The notes below the pieces were generated by a model. The model made no database searches and had not been told where the DNA came from. It saw nothing but the letters and a program-made list of their open reading frames with translations. A program made the translations under genes and the position numbers. From Bacteroidota bacterium (GTDB lineage Bacteria > Bacteroidota > Bacteroidia > JAKFFM01): 64,000 bases of DNA. Position 1 is the first letter of the stretch; every line of letters starts with the position of its first letter. Below, in pieces: positions 57,628-64,000 of this stretch. The stretch is from contig JAKFFM010000048.1 in NCBI GenBank assembly GCA_036675075.1, forward strand, positions 47 to 64,046, written 5' to 3'.

Positions 57628-59100
57628 TCAACTATGAACCGGAAGGTAGATAGAAAAAGTAGATCCTTTGCCAACCTCGCTAACAACCTTTATTTCTCCT
57701 CCATGCTTATGAACGATTTGTTGGCTAATATAAAGGCCCATTCCTAGTCCTGAAACATGCAAAGCGTTAGTCACTCTATAAAATCTTTCAAACAATAAAT
57801 TCACTTCAGAAGATGGAATTCCTATTCCATAGTCAGATACTGAAATCACAACATAATGAGCATGTTTTTCTATTGCAACACTAATTTTCGACGAATCAGG
57901 AGAATATTTAATTCCATTATTCACAAGGTTTATGATAACCTGTTCCATTCTCATTCTATCCATCGAAACAACAACATCTTCTTTTAGTGTTTTAAGTTCT
58001 ATTTTATGGGTTTCGGAGAAAGTCTTTAAAGCTTCAATTGTATCAATCAAGAGACCATTTACAGAGGCCATCTCGAAACGAAACTGCATTTGATCAGCTT
58101 GAATTTTAGACACATCCAGAAGATCCTTAATTAATATCTCCAGCTTCTCTACCTGCTTATTCGTTTTATTAACGTATTTTCTGATTGTGTGATCTGAATA
58201 GTTTCTTAACAATAATTGTAAATATGCTTTTGTTGTAGTTAGCGGTGATTTTAACTCATGGCTGGCAATACTTAAAAATTCATCCATTTTGCTCACCAGA
58301 TGCTTTTGATTACTTATGCTTATTCCAACCCATAGCCATCGACTATCTCCAGATTCCTCCTCCTTATAAGGAATTGCTTTTACCAAATACCATTCATACT
58401 TACCTATTGCGTTCAATAAACGAACTTCTTTTTCTAAAGGCACTATTCGCGACAATGACCGCTTCCAGTTCAACAATAGTAAAAACCTGTGAGCAGGAAA
58501 TACAAAATTGAAAAAATCATATATTGAATTTGCTTCATAAGTTCCAAAGTATTTCAGTGCCTTAATATTTGCAAAGTGAAGTGATCCTTTATGATCGGTA
58601 GTCACGACGAGTTCAGGTAGCAGATCAGTTATGAGTTTAAATCTTTGTCTCTCAGTTTCTGCCTTTTTCTTCTCATATAACAACTGGTTCTCATATTTCT
58701 TCCTGTCTGAAATATCTGTTATCGTAGCCCTAAAATTCAAAGGGTGATCGAATTTATCTTTAATAGTTAATGCGTTAACAAGGACAGGCTTTATACTCTT
58801 ATCACGACAGCTTAGCTCAAAGTTCACTTCATTTACAAAACCCTGCATCATCAGCAATGGAAAGACATGGTTTTGATAGTAAATTTTCCCACCAATTGTA
58901 AAGAGGTCAGAAAATTTCAATCGATTTAGTACCTCTTCAATTCTCAGATCCAACCACGATAACAACCGTTTGTTTATTCGAATTATAGTACCATCTGGCA
59001 GAAAAGACAAATACCCGACAGGAGCGTTGTTATACAACTCCTCGGCATCTTCCAATAATTGATATTGCGTTTCACTTATATAATGAAAGCCATCTTTCAC
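57628..59100 (-). CDS. PAS-domain sensor histidine kinase (cytoplasmic, orphan), translationally coupled to the upstream RsbQ-like hydrolase
   Basis: N-terminal PAS-like segments. H-box FLSIASHELKSPLTT. HATPase motifs INLVNNGIKYSPD, VSDYGIGIPSSEVNLLFERFYRV and GLGMGLYISQQIVHKHGGEIKVVSEVGKGSTFSIYLP. Its start (59100) overlaps the hydrolase stop (59097-59099). Confidence 0.8.
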   Translation of the reverse strand: MKDGFHYISETQYQLLEDAEELYNNAPVGYLSFLPDGTIIRINKRLLSWLDLRIEEVLNRLKFSDLFTIGGKIYYQNHVFPLLMMQGFVNEVNFELSCRDKSIKPVLVNALTIKDKFDHPLNFRATITDISDRKKYENQLLYEKKKAETERQRFKLITDLLPELVVTTDHKGSLHFANIKALKYFGTYEANSIYDFFNFVFPAHRFLLLLNWKRSLSRIVPLEKEVRLLNAIGKYEWYLVKAIPYKEEESGDSRWLWVGISISNQKHLVSKMDEFLSIASHELKSPLTTTKAYLQLLLRNYSDHTIRKYVNKTNKQVEKLEILIKDLLDVSKIQADQMQFRFEMASVNGLLIDTIEALKTFSETHKIELKTLKEDVVVSMDRMRMEQVIINLVNNGIKYSPDSSKISVAIEKHAHYVVISVSDYGIGIPSSEVNLLFERFYRVTNALHVSGLGMGLYISQQIVHKHGGEIKVVSEVGKGSTFSIYLPVHS

Positions 59101-59900
59101 GTAGCCTTAATTTTAAGGTAATTTTTAATGACTTTAACAACTTCTTCAGGAGCACTAAGGTGAGGGCAATGTCCTGTTGCTTCGAGGACTTCGAGAGTAT
59201 GATCGGGGATCTGCGAATCTATATAATGACCTACCTCCATCGGTGCAATAACATCATCCTTGCATTGTAGTGATAATGTCGGCACCTTAAGCTTTATTAG
59301 ATCTTCTCGATTATCTGAAAAGAATGTAACCTTAGCAAATTCTTTTGCAATGGTTGGGTTTGTTGCGCAAAAGCTATTCGTTAATTCTTCACCCAATTGT
59401 GGTCGATCAGAATTTCCCATTATTGCTGGTGCCATAGTTTCAGCCCAACCGAGGTAGTTATTATCCATTGTATTCATTATGCCCTCGAGATCACTTATTT
59501 CAAAACCGCCAATGTATTCCCCATCATTCAGGTACCTTGCTGAAGGGCCAATAAAGATCATGTACGAAAACAAATCAGGTCTTTCAATTGCTGCAAGTGT
59601 ACCGATCATTGCACTTACAGAATGACCAATAAAAATTGATTTTTTTAGCTGTAGTTCGTCCAATATCTCAATAACGTCTTTAGCATAACCACGAAGAGTT
59701 GAATATCTTTTTGAGTTATAAGCAGAAAGATCTGAATGTCCGGCCCCAACATAATCAAAAAGAATAATTTTATAATGATCTTGAAATTCAGGCACAATGA
59801 ATCGCCACATATTTTGATCGCATCCAAAGCCATGTGCGAAAACCATTGTCTGAGATCCACTACCCAGAACCCTTACATTGTTACGTTTTAAAATTTCCAT
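59097..59900 (-). CDS. RsbQ-like alpha/beta-hydrolase (RsbQ/KAI2/D14 clade)
   Basis: Collinear by eye with Bacillus subtilis RsbQ over the whole length: RNNVRVLGSGSQTMVFAHGFGCDQNMWRFIVPEF, ILFDYVGAGHSDL, nucleophile elbow IGHSVSAMIG, CKDDVIAP (Asp) and GHCPHLSAPEEV (His). Confidence 0.75.
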   Translation of the reverse strand: MEILKRNNVRVLGSGSQTMVFAHGFGCDQNMWRFIVPEFQDHYKIILFDYVGAGHSDLSAYNSKRYSTLRGYAKDVIEILDELQLKKSIFIGHSVSAMIGTLAAIERPDLFSYMIFIGPSARYLNDGEYIGGFEISDLEGIMNTMDNNYLGWAETMAPAIMGNSDRPQLGEELTNSFCATNPTIAKEFAKVTFFSDNREDLIKLKVPTLSLQCKDDVIAPMEVGHYIDSQIPDHTLEVLEATGHCPHLSAPEEVVKVIKNYLKIKAT

Positions 59901-60336
59901 TAAAGATTTTTAAAGATTCATTTTTTGATAGAACCACCTCATAAATACTTACCCCTTGGTGCTTCAGCCTAAAACTGATGAAACCACTTGTTACTATGAT
60001 TGCAAAAAAATAACTGTCAACGTTAATGCCGTCATTGGATTAATGAGGAAAACCAGGTACTTCGTCAATTTCCATGCCTTTAAATCACCTAATACTGAGT
60101 AATATTTCTATTACAGATATTCTGCTACACAGTTTGAGTTTTCGCCCCTGAATCACTATAAACTAACCTGCTTGCAAGGTTCATGTTCTCAGGCAGATCT
60201 TGCCCCTTAATCTGCCAGAACTGTACATTCCACGAGTTCAGTGTTTTGAGGATAACTCCTTTGAAAACCATCCTTACCCTATTCCTCATTAAAATTATAA
60301 ACATCGCCGCTTGCTGACTACCTTTGCTGCCTAGTC

Positions 60337-62151
60337 ATGGCTTACAGAAATCTTGAAGATGCGGTTCTCGACCTCGAGCGCACAAATCAGCTGATCAGAA
60401 TAAAAGAAGAAGTTGACCCCAACCTCGAAATGGCTGCGATACATCTTCGTGTATTCGATCATAACGGACCAGCGATCCTCTTTGAAAATATTAAAGGATG
60501 CAGGTACAGGGCTGTATCAAATCTTTTCGGTACAAAGGAACGGGCCTTATTCCTTTTTCGTGACACCATTGAAAAGGTAAGGTCAATGACAGCCCTCAGG
60601 AATGATCCAATGCAGGCCATGAAGCATCCTTTCAAAGCACTTGCATCCCTTCCATCAGCCTTTCATGCGTTGCCTAAAAAAGCTCATGCACATTTTGACA
60701 AGATCAGACTTTCGGATCTTCCGCAGATAAAATGCTGGCCTGATGACGGAGGTCCTTTCGTTACCTTGCCTCTGGTCTATACAGAAGATCCCGAAAAGCC
60801 CGGGATAAAGAATTCCAACCTTGGAATGTACAGGATCCAGCTGGCCGGAAATGAATACCTCCCGGATAAGGAAGCGGGTCTTCACTACCAGCTTCACCGC
60901 GGTATTGGCATCCATCAGACCAACGCCGACAGACGCAATCAGCCTCTGAAGGTCTCCGTTTTTTCAGGTGGTACGCCCGCTCTGATCTTTTCAGGTGTCA
61001 TGCCATTGCCTGAAGGCCTTTCGGAACTCTACTTTGCAGGAATGCTTGGAAACAGAAGATTTAGATACTTCTATGAAAACGGTCACCTCATTTCATCTGA
61101 CTCGGATTTTGTCATCACCGGAGAGATCATTAAAGGGATGAACAAACCTGAAGGTCCGTTTGGTGATCACTTTGGATATTATAGCCTGAAGCATGACTTC
61201 CCTGTGATGCATGTGACTGGTGTGTATGCAAAGAAAAATGCGATCTGGCCTTTCACCGTCGTTGGCCGTCCTCCTCAGGAAGACACCCTGTTCGGCATGC
61301 TGGTTCACGAACTTGCAGGTGACTCTTTAACCTATGAAATTCCCGGACTTCATGAAGTGAACGCTGTTGATGCTGCCGGAGTTCATCCTTTGCTCCTGGC
61401 AACAGGAAGCGAACGTTACACTCCTTATCTTCAGGAAACGCGGCCACAGGAACTGCTTACGATTGCGAATCATATCCTGGGAACAGGACAGCTGTCTCTG
61501 GCAAAGTATCTTTTCATCACAAACAGAGAAGATGATCCATCAATAGACACAAAAAATATTCCCGCTTACTTTAAACACCTTCTTGAGCGGATCGATTTTA
61601 AGCGTGACATTCATTTTCACACAAACACAACCATCGATACGCTTGATTATTCAGGTTCAGGATTGAACTCAGGATCCAAAGTAGTGTTCGCAGCAGCAGG
61701 TAAGAAACGAAGGACATTAGGCACAGAAAAACCTTCAATGGATCTACCAGCAATGTTCGACCAGGCGCAGGTAGTCATGCCAGGAGTGTTGTCGGTATCA
61801 GGCCCGCCTTTCAGGTCGTACCAGGAAGCAGGAAATGAGATCGAAGTTCTTGCAGATAAGCTGAAAGACCTTGACAAGTTTCCTCTTATCATACTTACCG
61901 ATGATGCGTCTTTCGTCGCGGAGAATCTGAATAATTTTCTTTGGGTGACATTTACGCGAAGTAATCCTTCACATGATATTCATGGCGCAAAATCCTTCAT
62001 CAGGCATAAACACTGGGGATGTGAAGGGCCACTGATCATTGATGCCAGAATAAAACCGCATCATGCACCACCGCTTATAAAAGATCCACAGATTGAACAG
62101 CGTGTTGATAAGCTTGGTGAACGTGGCAGATCATTGCACGGGATCATCTGA
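60337..62151 (+). CDS. UbiD-family decarboxylase (3-polyprenyl-4-hydroxybenzoate carboxy-lyase-like; menaquinone/ubiquinone biosynthesis decarboxylase homologue)
   Basis: 604 aa. DGGPFVTLPLVYTEDPE...NLGMYRIQL and GGTPALIFSG... are UbiD-family prFMN-binding region signatures. Confidence 0.7.
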   Translation: MAYRNLEDAVLDLERTNQLIRIKEEVDPNLEMAAIHLRVFDHNGPAILFENIKGCRYRAVSNLFGTKERALFLFRDTIEKVRSMTALRNDPMQAMKHPFKALASLPSAFHALPKKAHAHFDKIRLSDLPQIKCWPDDGGPFVTLPLVYTEDPEKPGIKNSNLGMYRIQLAGNEYLPDKEAGLHYQLHRGIGIHQTNADRRNQPLKVSVFSGGTPALIFSGVMPLPEGLSELYFAGMLGNRRFRYFYENGHLISSDSDFVITGEIIKGMNKPEGPFGDHFGYYSLKHDFPVMHVTGVYAKKNAIWPFTVVGRPPQEDTLFGMLVHELAGDSLTYEIPGLHEVNAVDAAGVHPLLLATGSERYTPYLQETRPQELLTIANHILGTGQLSLAKYLFITNREDDPSIDTKNIPAYFKHLLERIDFKRDIHFHTNTTIDTLDYSGSGLNSGSKVVFAAAGKKRRTLGTEKPSMDLPAMFDQAQVVMPGVLSVSGPPFRSYQEAGNEIEVLADKLKDLDKFPLIILTDDASFVAENLNNFLWVTFTRSNPSHDIHGAKSFIRHKHWGCEGPLIIDARIKPHHAPPLIKDPQIEQRVDKLGERGRSLHGII

Positions 62152-62177
62152 CTTTCCCTGCATGAGATAACATGAAA

Positions 62178-62212
62178 GTATAAAGCTGAATGCCTGCACC
62201 CAACTTTATACT
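62178..62212. terminator. Stem-loop AGTATAAAG-N17-CTTTATACT between convergent genes (possible bidirectional terminator)
   Basis: 9-bp perfect stem. The weak T-tract TCTTTTGGTTT follows on the plus strand. Confidence 0.35.
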
Positions 62213-62232
62213 TCAATGTCTTTTGGTTTGGA

Positions 62233-63405
62233 TCACGCCCCGTACCTGAATACGGCAGCGATATCACTTGATTTAACAGGCATCCTGAAGTCTGATGTGA
62301 CATACACTTCGCCACCATGAAGTATGGTTTCAACAGCGGCTTTATTGGCGAGGTCTTCATCGCCTTTCATGTAATGTTTATGCAAGACCACCTGGTTGTT
62401 CTTCTCATCAAAGTAACCCCAGATATGGCAGTTCTCCTTCAGGAAAAGCTTATCCACACGTGAAAACACACTTGCGGATACAATTTCATCGATCTCAGAA
62501 GATGTCTTTTTTGTTGCTGAAAGATTTTCAAATGTTTCTTCAGCGGTGATCCTTGTTTTATCGAAAATAGGCCGTACCAGCGCCCATGCATCTGCATGCA
62601 ATTCTTCTTCGCTTGTATATTCCTTGTTACCTGTGAGCGCTTCCGGATGAATAAACGGATAGGTACAAAGCTTTCTGAACATGGCTACAATGTAATCCAC
62701 TCCGCAGAGCACCAGTGGTATTGAGCTTGATCCGATCACTTTCATAATTCCATCATTCACCTGATGAAGGAATAATTCCACATCATCCTTCCTCACCTCT
62801 TCACCGCCCTGGTTTCCAAAATACATATCGGGAACATTCGATCCGCCATTCGATTTAAATCGAGATTGTTTTTCATGAACATCAAACCTCGTTGTTTCAT
62901 CAATGCCTGAGGGAACAAGTCCTTCCACAGCAATAGGTGAAAGATCGTAATGCGTTCCTTTGTATAATGACACACCATTCTTGGCAAGTGACAACACGAA
63001 AAATTCACTCTTGTCAGTTACAACAGGTATGAGCGGAGTCAGGTAGAACCCTTTGCCTACATAGGTAAATGCTTCTACATTGAATGGCAGCCTGTAATGC
63101 TCAAATGTACCTTCACTCATAAACGCGACAAAGCCATGTATCTGCTTCTTCCAGAAGAGTTTGTCTTTTATAAGATCACGGGCACCAGAAAGAATGGATG
63201 TTAACTCATTCTTTGACATGCCATTTTCCTTTAAAAGGATTTCCGCTTTTTTCACTTCATCTTTAAACATCAGGAGGTCAAGGCTTTCATTCACTTCAAT
63301 TCCTGACTTATGCGTTGGAATATATATGGAAACACATAAATGATCCCGTACACCACCTAATCTTCTGAAATCATCGTGTTTGAATTTATCTGTCCAGCCT
63401 TTCAT
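62233..63405 (-). CDS. Hypothetical protein with eRF1/Pelota-like features (bacterial eRF1-like family candidate)
   Basis: 390 aa. Central FGNQGGEE (GGQ-loop-like) and C-terminal AAVETILHGGEVYVTSD, resembling the AVETLL motif of eRF1/Dom34 domain 3. No other family recognised. Confidence 0.4.
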   Translation of the reverse strand: MKGWTDKFKHDDFRRLGGVRDHLCVSIYIPTHKSGIEVNESLDLLMFKDEVKKAEILLKENGMSKNELTSILSGARDLIKDKLFWKKQIHGFVAFMSEGTFEHYRLPFNVEAFTYVGKGFYLTPLIPVVTDKSEFFVLSLAKNGVSLYKGTHYDLSPIAVEGLVPSGIDETTRFDVHEKQSRFKSNGGSNVPDMYFGNQGGEEVRKDDVELFLHQVNDGIMKVIGSSSIPLVLCGVDYIVAMFRKLCTYPFIHPEALTGNKEYTSEEELHADAWALVRPIFDKTRITAEETFENLSATKKTSSEIDEIVSASVFSRVDKLFLKENCHIWGYFDEKNNQVVLHKHYMKGDEDLANKAAVETILHGGEVYVTSDFRMPVKSSDIAAVFRYGA

Positions 63406-63516
63406 GATACCTCCTTTTTTAACAAGTTAATGCTCAGAAAAAATGCCATGCGGCTAACTGGAAGAGACGGATTTTGGCGGATTTTGATTAAAAAAAAGGT
63501 CGCGTGAAATGCAATA

Positions 63517-64000
63517 TCAAAGCACGTTGCTTTTCTTTTCTTCCTGTGATGGATCGGTGTCCACAGGGGCTTTGAGCTTTAATACGGAGTGGATAAAAAA
63601 GGTGACCAGCAGCCCGATGATGCAGCCAAGAAAAACAGAGATCACTCGGTGGAATGCTGCTGCCCATGATTGCCCTTCACCCTGGTCCATCAGAACAATT
63701 ACAAGTGCTGCGAGTGTTGCTCTTGCTCCTGCACTTAGCTTGATCAACTCACAGATCACAAGTGCGATGATCGCTCCTGATGCAATGCTATAGATGAGCG
63801 GAAGATCGAAGATGATGATCCCGAAGCCTGTGCATGCGCCGATAAGATTCGCTTTTATCCTTGTCACGGCAAGCTCCATCGCATCTCCACCTTCAGGTGA
63901 CAAAACAAGAAATGTTGATATCAGGATCCAGGAAACATCGAGAAGCTCCGACATGCCGGATGCAAGGTATCCGAAAAACACCCCGGTGATGATCTTGAGA
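63517..64000 (-). CDS. Integral membrane protein; the 5' end is probably outside the window
   Basis: Hydrophobic helices throughout. The reading frame is open to the window edge upstream of the putative GTG at 63981. Confidence 0.4.
   Translation of the reverse strand, partial: LKIITGVFFGYLASGMSELLDVSWILISTFLVLSPEGGDAMELAVTRIKANLIGACTGFGIIIFDLPLIYSIASGAIIALVICELIKLSAGARATLAALVIVLMDQGEGQSWAAAFHRVISVFLGCIIGLLVTFFIHSVLKLKAPVDTDPSQEEKKSNVL

Overview
This window appears to be a chromosomal segment from a Bacteroidota genome. The evidence is several secreted proteins ending in type-IX-secretion (T9SS) C-terminal sorting domains, one gliding-motility type-B C-terminal domain protein, a GWxTD lipoprotein, and many sigma-less short intergenic spacers. 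Most of the window is core metabolism on both strands: proS, gatB, lpxK, an LpxH-like phosphoesterase, punA-type purine nucleoside phosphorylase, lipA, gap, ung, rlmB, a Nif3 plus zinc-ribbon pair, a UbiD-family decarboxylase, a TlpA-like redoxin and an M1 peptidase. Interleaved with these are accessory and signalling genes. (i) The left edge has a 5'-truncated IS30-family transposase, two hypothetical genes and a tRNA-Glu(TTC). (ii) An IS200-like/RAYT tyrosine transposase is followed by six tandem ~110-bp REP-like units. (iii) A composite repeat family (60-125-bp units plus ACTGNN hexamer microsatellites) not explained by any gene sits at two loci, 11.6 kb and 17.3 kb. (iv) Three paralogous SpoIIE/PP2C-phosphatase sensor proteins are present: a TPR-TM type, a soluble TPR type and a Y_Y_Y-propeller type. 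(v) An RsbQ/KAI2-like alpha/beta-hydrolase gene is translationally coupled to a PAS sensor histidine kinase. (vi) Giant repetitive T9SS cargo proteins of 1720, 1193 and 960 aa are present. (vii) An intrinsically disordered Tyr/Gly/Trp plus PRxN-repeat secreted protein sits next to a FadL/PorV-like outer-membrane barrel. (viii) A protein with eRF1/Pelota-like motifs is present. (ix) A 42-aa lipoprotein with its own terminators is missing from the ORF track. No CRISPR array, cas genes, restriction-modification genes or toxin-antitoxin pairs were recognised.
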